A stretch of 56,872 nucleotides of DNA, from the IMG/VR virus record IMGVR_UViG_3300037483_000192, positions 1 to 56,872 of that record; one strand, 5' to 3'. Shown piece after piece: positions 1-9,742 of the stretch. Origin of the DNA: a virus (Duplodnaviria > Caudoviricetes). Position 1 is the stretch's first letter. Every line of letters begins with the position of its first letter. The position numbers and the translations under genes are program-made. The notes beneath the pieces are model-generated. The model was not told the DNA's origin. It did no database searches and worked only from the letters and a program-made list of their open reading frames with translations.

Positions 1-48
1 GTCCCCGTACCCGGCCCCGTACCCGGCCCCGTCCCCGTCCCCGTACCC
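1..48. repeat. Terminal direct repeat / circular assembly overlap (copy at 56825-56872)
   Basis: Bases 1-48 are identical to 56825-56872; the match lies inside a low-complexity repeat. Confidence 0.8.
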
Positions 49-207
49 GTCCCCGTACCCGGACCCGTACCCGTACCCGTCCCCGTACCCGTCCCCGTCC
101 CCGGCCCCGGACCCGGCCCCGTACCCGGCCCCGGCCCCGTACCCGGCCCCGTCCCCGGCCCCGTACCCGGCCCCGGCCCCGTACCCGTCCCCGTACCCGT
201 CCCCGGA
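1..207 (-). repeat. Hexamer tandem repeat GGG-(GAC/TAC/GCC/TCC) encoding Gly-X (X = D/Y/A/S)
   Basis: Directly visible; continues at 56702-56872. Confidence 0.95.
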
Positions 208-249
208 CAATTCATGCGCGACTTCGCCGCGCAGAATTACCGCGCCCAC
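1..249 (-). CDS. 5' part of a Gly-X repeat protein that spans the contig junction
   Basis: GTG at 249 overlaps the end of the upstream gene; reads MGAVILRGEVAHELSGDGYGDGY; in frame with 56357-56872. Confidence 0.8.
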   Translation of the reverse strand, partial: MGAVILRGEVAHELSGDGYGDGYGAGAGYGAGDGAGYGAGAGYGAGSGAGDGDGYGDGYGYGSGYGDGYGDGDGAGYGAGYGD

Positions 250-530
250 GGCGACGCTTCCCAAGCCTTGACAGCTTCCGGCGTTACTTCGGCAACGCAC
301 GTGATGTTGCGAATTTCGATGTCCGCCGCAGGGCCAACACGTGAACCACTAATCGGCCCGACGCTCGCGAGCCCCAGAAAACCTTTCTGGCCACTCGGCC
401 AGTAGAGGCAGTTACGAGCCGCACGTAACTGGATGGTGTCGCCATCGGTTTTGCTGGCGTACCCGAAAAATACTCCACGATGAGCCGTGGTCACGAGGAC
501 TGCGCGCTCTTTTAGCTTAGGTCTGGTCAC
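237..530 (-). CDS. DUF6948-like phage protein
   Basis: VLVTTAHRGVFFGY...AARNCLYW...GLASVGP pattern; this type of gene typically precedes GYGDG-repeat ORFs. Confidence 0.7.
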   Translation of the reverse strand: MTRPKLKERAVLVTTAHRGVFFGYASKTDGDTIQLRAARNCLYWPSGQKGFLGLASVGPISGSRVGPAADIEIRNITCVAEVTPEAVKAWEASPWAR

Positions 531-565
531 TTTGTTTCTCCTGTTGATTACTCACGTCCTCTCTC

Positions 566-772
566 CTACCCGTTAGCCTTGGAATGACGTTCGTTCAACG
601 CTCGCTGTTCGGCGAGAATTGCTTCGCTCTCCACGTACTCGAACGCCGCGAGCTTCAAAACTTTCAGAGCTTCGCCAGCATCGTCGATATTGAACTTCGT
701 TCTACCGATAACCTCCACGTAATCCAGCGCGGCTTTCGCGAGTGCGTACACCGGGTCGGTCGTTTCGTTCAT
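566..772 (-). CDS. Hypothetical early protein
   Basis: ORF in the PL operon; GGAGAG RBS-type context downstream. Confidence 0.6.
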   Translation of the reverse strand: MNETTDPVYALAKAALDYVEVIGRTKFNIDDAGEALKVLKLAAFEYVESEAILAEQRALNERHSKANG

Positions 773-932
773 GACGAACGCGCCAACCGCGCCGCCTTCC
801 CATTCATCGCCGCTATCTCCCGGTCAACCCGTTTCAGATGCGCCCGCGTCTCCCGTATCGTCGCGAGCCTTTCGCGGCTGGCTTCGTCGAGACGGCGGTG
901 GCAGGTGGAGAGGCGGGTGAGGATGGTGGTAC

Positions 933-1181
933 TCATGCAGCAGCCCTCCCGTTTTCACGCGCCCATGTGAGTTCAAATAGAACCGAACGGTTAGCGCGCC
1001 GCGCTTGCTCAACCCAAAACGACATCGGCCGGCGGTTCGTGACGATCAGCCCGGCATCCAGTTCGGCATTGAACGCAGCCCGCGCGTACCGCGCTTGCAG
1101 CACGTACCAGTTACGGGATTTGATGGCGCGACGGAGCGCAGTAGCGGGACGGCCATCAATCTGTGCAAATCGTGTGTTCAC
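933..1181 (-). CDS. Hypothetical early protein
   Basis: First sizeable ORF after PL, with a purine-rich RBS. Confidence 0.55.
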   Translation of the reverse strand: MNTRFAQIDGRPATALRRAIKSRNWYVLQARYARAAFNAELDAGLIVTNRRPMSFWVEQARRANRSVLFELTWARENGRAAA

Positions 1182-1333
1182 TCTCGTCTCCGGTTCGGTT
1201 TTGCGTCTCAGTGGTTAGCCCTTGTAACCTTCCCGCTGACGGGTAATATGTCCGGTACAACAACAACGATGGAGGGCGAAACCGTGGTCCCTGGTGCGTA
1301 GCGGTTATTAGTGCCCTGGTTCATTGCGGAGCC

Positions 1334-1375
1334 AGAGTAAACCCTAATTAGGGCTCTGTCAACCCTGATTAGGGT
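1334..1375 (-). promoter_or_regulatory. PL promoter with two operators
   Basis: Minus strand TTGACA (1362-1357), 17 nt, TACTCT (1339-1334); palindromes ACCCTAATTAGGG (1341-1353) and ACCCTGATTAGGGT (1362-1375). Confidence 0.85.
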
Positions 1376-1414
1376 CGTTTTGGGCGGTCGAAAGTCGGGC
1401 CGTTGACGGGCGGG

Positions 1415-1741
1415 CTAAGCCCGTCGGCGTCGGGTGCGAAGTGTGATTGGGCCGGACGTATGCTTAGCCGCGAAGTACGGCGTCAGCAAGTCTTGGGGTC
1501 TGGTATCGAGGGCGCGGGCAATCGCCTCGATGTGATCGACACTTGTTCCGAGTTCGTATTTGACGATGCGCTGTATCTGACTGGCAGACACGTCGGAGTC
1601 TTTGGCAAGCGCCTTGTTCCTGGCAGTTTCCGACAATAGCTCTTTGTACTTTAGATCGCGCAGTGCCTTGATGTTGTCGGCCAGGTGAACGCGCAGCGTT
1701 CCTTGTGGTTTGTCCCGCTTGGACCGTCGAGTATTTCCCAT
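1415..1741 (-). CDS. cI: CI-like XRE HTH repressor with no peptidase domain
   Basis: LAKDSDVSASQIQRI...TSVDHIEAIARAL HTH; divergent from cro and flanked by operators; start reassigned to ATG 1741. Confidence 0.8.
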   Translation of the reverse strand: MGNTRRSKRDKPQGTLRVHLADNIKALRDLKYKELLSETARNKALAKDSDVSASQIQRIVKYELGTSVDHIEAIARALDTRPQDLLTPYFAAKHTSGPITLRTRRRRA

Positions 1742-1780
1742 AGCGGAAAATGCTACTGATTCCGTCGGCCCTGTTCCGGG

Positions 1781-1809
1781 TTGCAATGACCCTAAATAGG
1801 GTCTATGCT
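1781..1809 (+). promoter_or_regulatory. PR promoter with an operator in the spacer
   Basis: TTGCAA, 17 nt, TATGCT; the spacer holds GACCCTAAATAGGGTC (1788-1803), the same consensus as the PL operators. Confidence 0.85.
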
Positions 1810-1819
1810 CAGCGACACC

Positions 1820-2023
1820 ATGAGCGAATCGATTCACGAGTACGTAGTCCAGCGGCTGACCGAGTGGAAGGGGCGCTGGGATGAAGTATCGGACGGTAGC
1901 GGGGTTCCCCTGCGAACTATCGAGAAGGTCGCCCGCCGGGAATACAAGTCGCATCGTCTAAGCACAATCGATCCGCTTCACAGCTTTTTCCGTCAGCGCG
2001 AACGTCGCCGGAAAGCCGTCTAG
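1820..2023 (+). CDS. cro: Cro-like HTH protein
   Basis: EVSDGSGVPLRTIEKVA HTH; position directly after PR. Confidence 0.75.
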   Translation: MSESIHEYVVQRLTEWKGRWDEVSDGSGVPLRTIEKVARREYKSHRLSTIDPLHSFFRQRERRRKAV

Positions 2024-2374
2024 TTGTTATGCGGTCGAATCTACCTGAATCGCCGCCCCTTTCGTGCGGAATCGAACATAAGCCCCCGCTGAGCGACATA
2101 ACCCGAGCCCGCCTCATCCGTCTCGCGGTCGCTGTTGTGGCGGCGGTGGTGTGGTGGGCGTGGTGAGAGCGAAGCGAAAACCCATTACCAGCTTCCCGCT
2201 GCGCAAGTGTTACAGCATGCACGAGTGCTACATCTGCTGCCGGCTGATTCAGCTAGGCGAGATGTACTACGACGGTGGCTATTCGCGCCGCGCTCACGAG
2301 GTGTGCGTTTACGTGATCTATTGCCCCGAGTGCGGCGGGCGTCATTCGGCTGCGCATTGCACAAACATGGGGTA

Positions 2375-3002
2375 ATGACGATGAGCCAAAACTTCAATCA
2401 ATCACCGACAGATTCAGTTTACGACAGACCGCTTATTCGGGTGTGCGTTCTTTGCCGCAAGGCCAAGCTCGCGCAAGAAATGGAAGTAGTTTTCAAGGTC
2501 GGTGAGGTCTGTTCGGAATGTCGATTCTATGGCAATGCCGTGCCGCCTTCTATGGAGCAACGATGAGCAACAGACCGACGTGCCCAGCAGTTTGCGAGTG
2601 CGGTTCCGACGATCTACACATCGCTCACGATGGCAATGGCCATTACATCGAATGCTGCGGATGCGGTACGGAATACGAGCACGACGGCCTGTTCCCTGGC
2701 GATCCAGAATTCGACGAGCAAGAGCGAGTGTGGCTGCTCGAAAAGTCGGGGCTCGTATGAGCATCCACCGCGGCGACAAGCTACCAGACGCACCCTGCGA
2801 GCACGGGTACCAGGACTCGCTTTGCCCGAAGTGCTATCCGTCCGAACTCGAATCCCTGCGCCGTCTCGCGGATGACTTGGCTGATTGGGATACCAAGAAC
2901 CCGCGTGGCCGAACGTACAGCTACGCAAGTTTCAAGGACATCGAGGGCGCCCTTGATGCGATCTGTGACCGCGCCAAGCAGATAAGGGGGCAGAAGCCAT
3001 GA
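2375..3002 (+). CDS. Run of small Cys-motif hypothetical proteins (about 2375-2566, 2563-2760, 2757-3002)
   Basis: ATGA overlaps and CxxC motifs. Confidence 0.5.
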
Positions 3003-3676
3003 CCCTCAACATCCCCCTCCAAAACCCCGAGGGCGTTCTCCGCCTCCCTCAGTGGATGGTGGCGAATCCGAGTACTAATTCCAAACCGATTAGTAGTCAA
3101 TTAGTACTCATCGGGGAACAGCCTACGACGTTCGTCGAGCGCCGACCGTACGGGGATGAGCCGTGAGCGCGAAGTGCAAAGTCTGTCGTGAGCGTCCAGC
3201 CGCCGTGCCGGACCGATATTCACACAGCCTGCGCAAAGCGGTGTGCCGCGAGTGCCACGCTAACCGGCTTCGCAATGACCTCTCGGACGTTCTGTACTGG
3301 CACGAGAAAAGAAAGGCGCAGCCGTGAGCACATTCCTCGTCACCGTCTCCTTGGGCAGCTATCGAGACGTAAAGGTCTCGTCTCACAAAACGCTCAAGGC
3401 CGCACGAGTCAAGGTCCTAAAGCGTAAACGGCAATGCCGGAACGCGATAGCGCCGAGATACGCGATTTGGAGGCGGGTGGGGTGAGCGTTCAGCTTCGCG
3501 ACCCTTCGGGAACCGTGGTGCAGACTCCCATGCCGCGCATGGCGCAAATCGTTCGCCGAGCAGGCTACATCCATACCGTAGAGGGCGACCCTCAAATCCC
3601 GACACCGGCTGGCGGCGATGGCGGCGTGGCGGAAGCGTGTGTCACGGGGAACGCTCGACAAGGAGGCCGCGAGTAG

Positions 3677-4000
3677 ATGTCGATCTATGCCATGACGCTG
3701 GTATGGCGCGTCACGGATCTGAACCAATCGCAAACACTCGTGGCGTTGGCAATTGCAGACCACGCCAACGATGAGGGGTTCTGTTGGCCGTCTATCAAGA
3801 CACTCGCCACAAAGTCCCGGCTGAGCGAACGCCAAGTGCAGCGGATTATCAGGGAACTCGAGGATGGAGGAATCCTTGTTTATGCGTACAAACCGGGTAA
3901 ATCAAACGTCTACAAACTCGACCTCCAATGGCTCTCCAAGAGGGGTGACATGGTGTCAGGGGTACAAATACTACCCCGGACAAATGAGGCTGACCCCTGA
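3677..4000 (+). CDS. Replication initiator N-terminal winged HTH (HTH_36-like)
   Basis: LALAIADHANDEGFCWPSIKTLA...SERQVQRIIRELE. Confidence 0.85.
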   Translation: MSIYAMTLVWRVTDLNQSQTLVALAIADHANDEGFCWPSIKTLATKSRLSERQVQRIIRELEDGGILVYAYKPGKSNVYKLDLQWLSKRGDMVSGVQILPRTNEADP

Positions 4001-4041
4001 CATAGCTATGTCACCCCACCCCCGACATAGCTATGTCACCC
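3942..4041. repeat. Putative replication origin iterons
   Basis: Palindrome GACATAGCTATGTC at 3999-4012 and 4024-4037, plus GGGGTGACATGGTGTCAGGGG at 3942-3962. Confidence 0.65.
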
Positions 4042-4063
4042 GAATCTTCATTGAACCATCATT

Positions 4064-4693
4064 ATGAATCAAGAGGCTGAGCAAAAGACGAAAGCCGAAG
4101 ATGCTTTCGCAAGATTCTGGGGGGCGTGGCCAGACAACGGCAAGTCACCATTCGACGAATACGTCCGCAAAAAGAACAAGTCCGGCTGCGAGAAAAAGTG
4201 GCGGCAGAAAAAGCTCGATCAGCACTCTGCCGAGATCCTACTCGACGTTGAGCAGCGGAAAAAATACGACAAGGCTTGGCTGAATCAGGGCGGCGGGTTT
4301 CTGTGTGGTCCGCTCGTTTACCTCAATCAAGAGCAGTGGAAGGACGGCGGGTTTGCCGACGTTCGCGACGAGAAGCGCAAACGAGCCAGTGCGCCGTCCG
4401 AACAACGAGTGAGTGACGACGGTCCGATCGTCTCGCGATACGGACGGTATGCCAACCGATTCATGTTGCAAAGCATTCTGCGTCTTGGGGGAGTGGGTGA
4501 CGCCACGAAGCTCGCGCAAGCCGTGAAGGCCAAGAACGAGATAGTTCAACTAGCCGAACAAGCGGAGGCGAACGGCGATAAATGGGAGGACGAGGATTTT
4601 GTCAGCGTGATTCAAAAGACGATACGTGAGGCGGTTGGGCTCAGGTCGCCGCTCGATCAGGATGCGCGAAGCGCAAGGGAGAGGGCAGCGTGA
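4064..4693 (+). CDS. Replication protein (C-terminal-type domain)
   Basis: FARFWGAWP...K...C.KKW...P..YLNQ.QW.D, typical of phage initiator C-terminal regions. Confidence 0.7.
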   Translation: MNQEAEQKTKAEDAFARFWGAWPDNGKSPFDEYVRKKNKSGCEKKWRQKKLDQHSAEILLDVEQRKKYDKAWLNQGGGFLCGPLVYLNQEQWKDGGFADVRDEKRKRASAPSEQRVSDDGPIVSRYGRYANRFMLQSILRLGGVGDATKLAQAVKAKNEIVQLAEQAEANGDKWEDEDFVSVIQKTIREAVGLRSPLDQDARSARERAA

Positions 4694-5328
4694 GCCCGGT
4701 CATCATCGGAGATGCGACTTTGTACTTGGGAGACTGTCGAGAGATTTTGCCGACGTTGCCGAAGGTCGATGCGGTCGTGACTGATCCGCCGTATGGGATT
4801 GGGTACAAATCTCCTAGTGGACGCGGGCAAACTGTACGCGGGGACTACCCTGTAATTGCAGGCGATGACGAAGGTTTCGACCCGTCACCGTGGCTAAATT
4901 TTGATGATGTAGTTCTATTTGGAGCAAATCACTTTGCAGACAAACTGCCGCCATCGCCAGCGTGGTTAGTTTGGGACAAACGAGATGGATTCACGTCGAA
5001 CAACAACAGCGATTGCGAGCTGGCATGGCGCAAGTGTGGCGGTTCAGCTCGTCTGATTAGGCACTTGTGGAACGGAATGTTGAAGGACAGTGAGCGGGAC
5101 CAACGCCGAGTCCATCCGACGCAAAAGCCAGTGGTAGTAATGGAGTGGTGCCTGTCGTTCGTGAGTGGGCTAACGGTCCTTGACCCCTTCATGGGCTCCG
5201 GCACTACCGGAGTTGCCTGCGCCAATCTAGGCCGCAAGTTCATCGGCATCGAGATTGAGCCCAAGTATTTCGAGATCGCCTGCGAGCGAATCAAAGCCGC
5301 TTACGCACAGCAACGACTGTTTGCCTGA
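4690..5328 (+). CDS. DNA N6A/N4C methyltransferase (beta class)
   Basis: DPPY, HPTQKP and DPFMGSGTTG motifs. Confidence 0.95.
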   Translation: MSPVIIGDATLYLGDCREILPTLPKVDAVVTDPPYGIGYKSPSGRGQTVRGDYPVIAGDDEGFDPSPWLNFDDVVLFGANHFADKLPPSPAWLVWDKRDGFTSNNNSDCELAWRKCGGSARLIRHLWNGMLKDSERDQRRVHPTQKPVVVMEWCLSFVSGLTVLDPFMGSGTTGVACANLGRKFIGIEIEPKYFEIACERIKAAYAQQRLFA

Positions 5329-5341
5329 AGGAGCGCGACGG

Positions 5342-5800
5342 ATGAGATCGATGATAGATCGCTTCAACGAAAAATACGAACTCGCGGCTAGCGGGTGCTG
5401 GCTATGGACCAGCACTGTCAGCGGCGGCTATGGGTATTTCTGGCTAAATGGCTGCCAAAAATTGGCGCATCGCGTCTCGTGGGAGATAGAGAGTGGGCAG
5501 CCAGTGCCGCTCGGGCAGTGTATTTTACACGAATGCGACACGCCGCTTTGCGTAAATCCAAAGCACCTGTTTCTTGGAACTGACGCTGACAATGTTGCAG
5601 ACAAAACGGCCAAGCAAAGGCAGGCGCGCGGCGCGACTCAGGGGCTCGCGAAACTCACTGACGACAGCGCGCGAGAAATATTTCTAGCTGTCGGCTCGCA
5701 AAAAGAGATAGCGCGCCGCTACTACATTCATCAGTCCCAAGTGAGCAACATCAAGCGTCGCGTCACATGGCGACACGCTACTTCTGAGTTATTCGCATGA
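5342..5800 (+). CDS. HNH homing endonuclease with C-terminal HTH
   Basis: GCWLW...AHRVSW...HECDTPLCVNPKHL...N. Confidence 0.9.
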   Translation: MRSMIDRFNEKYELAASGCWLWTSTVSGGYGYFWLNGCQKLAHRVSWEIESGQPVPLGQCILHECDTPLCVNPKHLFLGTDADNVADKTAKQRQARGATQGLAKLTDDSAREIFLAVGSQKEIARRYYIHQSQVSNIKRRVTWRHATSELFA

Positions 5801-5843
5801 TCCCCGACCTCTTCGGCGATCCCGTCAGATCCAAGGATACGTA

Positions 5844-6528
5844 ATGGGCGATACCACGAAAATAGAATGGTGCGACAAAACCTTCAACCCGTGGGTCGGA
5901 TGCACGAAGATCAGTCCCGCGTGCGATCACTGCTATGCCGAGTCATGGGCGAAGCGCACTGGCTCGCCTCAGCTGTGGAACGGCAAGCGGCGTCGCACGA
6001 CGCCGGCCAACTGGCGCAAGCCGCTCAAGTGGGACCGCGAGGCGGCCGAGCTTGGCGTGCGATATCGAGTGTTCTGCGCGTCCTTGGCTGACGTGTTCGA
6101 CAACGCCGCGCCGCTCGCGTGGAGAACCGATCTATTCAGGCTGATTCACGAGACGCCAAATCTCGATTGGCAACTGCTCACGAAGCGTATCGGCAACGTG
6201 CCGACGATGCTGCGTGTGCTAGGCGACGACGCCTTGCCGCAGAACGTGTGGTTGGGATCGACCGTCGTGAACCAAGATGAAGCCGATCGCGACATCCCAA
6301 AGCTGCTCGCGGTTCCCGCGGCCGCGCGGTCAGCGAGACGGCTTCCCAGATTTCAATACAGCACTAGGCCGCGCCGGTAAGCCGCCGGCCTTCTTCATCG
6401 ACGACGCCGGCAACGTCCATTGCTTCACGAGTCAGAGTCAACCATCAGAGACGGTTGTCGTTCGCGTCGGCAAGAAGAACGCCGGACGTTTGCTTGACGG
6501 CCGCATACACGGGGAGTTTCCGACATGA
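5844..6528 (+). pseudogene. Gp37/Gp68 (DUF5131) gene with internal deletion and frameshift
   Basis: N-terminus has TKIEW and GCTKISPACDHCYA; family tail VGKKNAGRLLDG lies in another frame; the central SxEPLL/GGESG part is absent. Confidence 0.75.
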
Positions 6529-6872
6529 GCTATTGCCGCTTTAGCACTGACGGACACATGTGCGACGTATACGTGTATGAGGCTCGCGAGGGTTACGTCA
6601 CGCACGTTGCGAACACGAAGCAAATGGTTCCCGCTCCGAAAGATTGGTGGCCGGGGATCACCGACGAAGAATTCAAGCTAGCCGCTGCTGCGAGACGAAC
6701 GTTCATGGAAGAGCGAGAACTCGTGCAGATTGGGTTGGAGCACGACGGGGCTACTTTCATCGACGACTCCCCGCTCTCGTGTGCTGAGCGCCTTCAATCC
6801 CTGAAGGACAAAGGCTATCAGGTTCCACAGTCGGCGATAGATGCGCTGCTGAAAGAGGCTGGGGAAGCGTGA
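6525..6872 (+). CDS. Hypothetical protein
   Basis: Translationally coupled ORF starting MSYCRFS. Confidence 0.7.
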   Translation: MSYCRFSTDGHMCDVYVYEAREGYVTHVANTKQMVPAPKDWWPGITDEEFKLAAAARRTFMEERELVQIGLEHDGATFIDDSPLSCAERLQSLKDKGYQVPQSAIDALLKEAGEA

Positions 6873-7225
6873 ATCATTCAACCGGAACACCAACGAAAGC
6901 CGAGCGGGTGAGACTTGAGACTCTATCCGTCATGCGCTGCGTTTGCTGCGAGAGAGAGGGCGCTACACAGCTACTACCTACGGAAGTGCATCACTTGGTA
7001 GACATGGGCACCAGGAAGCTCTCGGGCGGGCACATGGCGACGATCCCGCTCTGCGGATGGCATCACCGCGGCGTGATCCCGGAGCGCTCAGAGCTTACGA
7101 CAGGCGACATGCTGTTCATCTACGGCCCGTCGAAGGCTTTGAACGGCCGGCTGTTCCGAGACACCTACGGAACGGATCGCGAGTTGTTGGAGCTAGTGAA
7201 CGCGAGAATGGAGTTGGCAGCGTGA
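6869..7225 (+). CDS. Ref-like HNH recombination-enhancement nuclease
   Basis: CVCC...EVHH...TIPLCGWHHRG. Confidence 0.8.
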   Translation: MNHSTGTPTKAERVRLETLSVMRCVCCEREGATQLLPTEVHHLVDMGTRKLSGGHMATIPLCGWHHRGVIPERSELTTGDMLFIYGPSKALNGRLFRDTYGTDRELLELVNARMELAA

Positions 7226-7530
7226 GTCCCACACAGCGCAGTCTAAAGCTACTTCGCGACCGAGGGTACAGGGCGGCGGTCGTCGAGAAATGGAACCCTC
7301 ATGCCAGACGACGTATTGACCTGTTCGGGATCATCGATCTTGTGGCGATCGGCAACGGCGAGACGATCGGGGTGCAGACGACATCCGGCAGCAACGTAGC
7401 GTCGCGTATCGACAAGATTACCGAGAGTGAGGCCATAGCCGACTTGCGGGACGCTGGCTGGCGGATCGTCGTGCATGGCTGGCGGAAGCTCAAGAGCGGC
7501 TGGGCGTGTCGGGAGGTGGACGTGTCGTGA
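7222..7530 (+). CDS. PD-(D/E)XK resolvase-like nuclease
   Basis: LRDRGY...DLFGIIDLVA...GVQTTS; GTG start at 7222. Confidence 0.7.
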   Translation: MSPTQRSLKLLRDRGYRAAVVEKWNPHARRRIDLFGIIDLVAIGNGETIGVQTTSGSNVASRIDKITESEAIADLRDAGWRIVVHGWRKLKSGWACREVDVS

Positions 7531-8003
7531 AGCCCAAAGCCAAGCAAGAAACCTTCCTACTCCGAGTGACGAAAGGCGCTCTAGTTCCTGCCGACCAGTA
7601 CACGCAGGAGCGGCTACGTGCGAAGGGCTACAACACCAATGATGTGCTGACCGCCACGTTACGCAAGGACCGCTCTACGGGCTTTCACCGGCTCGTTCAC
7701 GTATTCGGGCAGCTATGCGCCGAGAACATCGACAGGTTCGCCGGGATGAACGCACACGCCGTCTTGAAGGCCATCCAATACGAGGGCGACATAGCGTGCG
7801 AGCGGATGATGGTGAACCTGAAAGGCTTTGGCATGGTCGAGGTTCGGATTCCGATGTCGCTTAGCTATGAGAGCCTTGATGAGGGCGATTTTCGGGAAAT
7901 ATTTTCTGCGATGTGCGGCCATGTTGCCGAACAATATTGGAAAGGTCTAACTGCTGAGCAGGTAGAAGAAATGACACAGGTTATGGTGGAGCAAGCGGCA
8001 TGA
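7527..8003 (+). CDS. NinB/DUF1367-like protein
   Basis: R...FHRL..F and P.SLSYESLDEGDF motifs. Confidence 0.55.
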   Translation: MKPKAKQETFLLRVTKGALVPADQYTQERLRAKGYNTNDVLTATLRKDRSTGFHRLVHVFGQLCAENIDRFAGMNAHAVLKAIQYEGDIACERMMVNLKGFGMVEVRIPMSLSYESLDEGDFREIFSAMCGHVAEQYWKGLTAEQVEEMTQVMVEQAA

Positions 8004-8236
8004 GAAAACCTATTGATGTGCGCCTTCATTCTTTGACGCGACAAGGTGCGAATGGGTGCTTGCTGTGGATTGGGCACACCGGGCATGCGGGGCACGGGCA
8101 AATCCGTAATGAGGATGCAGTGAAGTTGATTCGGCGCGATCCTCGGGGACCATCAGAATTGGCAACAGTTCTGCATGTAAGTGCTGCAACTATTTGCGAT
8201 GTGCGCAAGAGGCGCAGTTGGAGGCATGTTCCATGA
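8000..8236 (+). pseudogene. HNH endonuclease remnant lacking the catalytic core
   Basis: N-terminal GCLLWIG joined directly to an HTH and RRSWRH tail like those of 5342-5800. Confidence 0.7.
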
Positions 8237-8273
8237 TAGAGGCGATGGCCGAGACGATGAAGGATGCCGCCTG

Positions 8274-9062
8274 ATGCGCCTGATAGACCTCCTGGCGGCG
8301 AAGCACGCGAAGGATGTTTTCGTCCCCGAGTGCAAGGATGGGCCGACGCATTCCAGCAATCATGTGCGCCTCGATGCGTGGGCGCTCGCCTCGTCATGGG
8401 CTCACCCGTGCGTGTACGGGTACGAGATCAAAGTGAGTCGGGGAGACTTTTTACAGGACAACAAGTGGCCGGCGTACCTGCCGTTGTGCAACCAGCTCTA
8501 TTTCGTGTGCCCGACCGGGTTGATCCAGCCGACAGAGGTTTCGCCAGATGTTGGACTCATGTGGGCGTCCAAGACCGGGACTAAGTTGTACACGAAGAAG
8601 AAAGCGCCATACCGAGACGTGGCGATCCCCGAGGACGTATACCGCTACGTGCTGATGTGCCGCGCGAAGATCACGCGCGAACCGCTCCATCTAGAGACTG
8701 CGCGAGACTTCTGGGAGCGTTGGTTAGAGGATCGCGATGCGGATAAGGAATTCGGGAGCCACGTTGGCGGGCGGATTCGGGAGCATTACCTAAAGCGCGT
8801 GCTAGACGTCGAGGCAGAGAATCAACGGCTGTTGAAGCTGATGCACGGTTATGACGATGTGCGACGAATGCTGACCAGGCTCGGGATGAATACCGAATCA
8901 GTTTGGTCGTTCACGGTCGAGCGAAAAATCGAGGAAGCGCGCACGGCCGTTCCAACGAAGCTATTGACAGACCTAGAGCGGGCCGAGCGGGCGCTGGCCG
9001 ATGCTCGCAAGTCGCTCGAAGCATTCAAGCAACCCGACGAACTACTTGCGAAGGCAGGATGA
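8274..9062 (+). CDS. MmcB-like PD-(D/E)XK nuclease with coiled-coil tail
   Basis: RLDAW...YEIKVSRGDFLQD.KW..Y...CN.LYFV.P. Confidence 0.75.
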   Translation: MRLIDLLAAKHAKDVFVPECKDGPTHSSNHVRLDAWALASSWAHPCVYGYEIKVSRGDFLQDNKWPAYLPLCNQLYFVCPTGLIQPTEVSPDVGLMWASKTGTKLYTKKKAPYRDVAIPEDVYRYVLMCRAKITREPLHLETARDFWERWLEDRDADKEFGSHVGGRIREHYLKRVLDVEAENQRLLKLMHGYDDVRRMLTRLGMNTESVWSFTVERKIEEARTAVPTKLLTDLERAERALADARKSLEAFKQPDELLAKAG

Positions 9063-9240
9063 AATTGAAATTCCCGCCCACTCACCGTGTAGACGCCATT
9101 GGCCTGCGACGGATGCGGATAGATGGGTGGGCGGGATCTTATTCGAGGTCAAGGGGCGCAAAGCCGAGCCGCGTCCAGACTGGCGGGAGTATTGCTGCAT
9201 CTCGTAACTGAGGCGCGGCTCGGCAACGCGGGGAGATGGT

Positions 9241-9669
9241 ATGCGACGGTACACGCTAGAGGAACAGGAAGCGGTCAGCGACCTGAAGTTTTGGGGGCTG
9301 TGGAAGGGGGTACAATACGCTGCCGAAGGATACTCGCCTGAAAATACGCTGACGCGAATTCTGACTGGCGGTGTCGGGCAGGCTGGACACAAGATTCTGT
9401 GCGTCGATATGCCGCCGCGAGCATGGAGGATCAACGGCCGGGTGTTCTCGCTCGACATGATTTACATCGAGGTGCTGGTAGCCCGCTATTGCCTGCCGCT
9501 CAAACCGAACGGGCACACATTCGAACCGAGGGAGATTGCGCCTCTGCTGGGCATATCGGAGCGTCTGTATCGGCATCGCATCGGACAGGCGCGAAGGGCG
9601 TACAAAGACCGATTATTTGTACCGTTGGCATTTTCAACGGCTGAACAGTCTGTTACAGTCATGATGTAA
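9241..9669 (+). CDS. Q-like antiterminator / late regulator
   Basis: L..WG.W N-terminus and C-terminal HTH (IAPLLGISERLYRHR); last gene of the early-right operon. Confidence 0.6.
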   Translation: MRRYTLEEQEAVSDLKFWGLWKGVQYAAEGYSPENTLTRILTGGVGQAGHKILCVDMPPRAWRINGRVFSLDMIYIEVLVARYCLPLKPNGHTFEPREIAPLLGISERLYRHRIGQARRAYKDRLFVPLAFSTAEQSVTVMM

Positions 9670-9742
9670 CAATTGCCCCCGGGGCAAATTCAGCCGTACA
9701 GACGGCACCACTAATTTCGAGCTGCCCCCACAGCACCCCCTG

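Noticed and set aside
1-207. CRISPR array or telomere
   Set aside because: Hexamer coding repeat with no unique spacers; it lies in an open frame and there are no cas genes.
1742-1954. N-terminal extension of the repressor ORF
   Set aside because: It overlaps PR and cro; ATG 1741 fits better.
4690-5800. Type II restriction-modification pair (MTase plus HNH)
   Set aside because: The HNH looks like a free-standing homing endonuclease with a C-terminal HTH, of a type with decayed relatives elsewhere in this genome.
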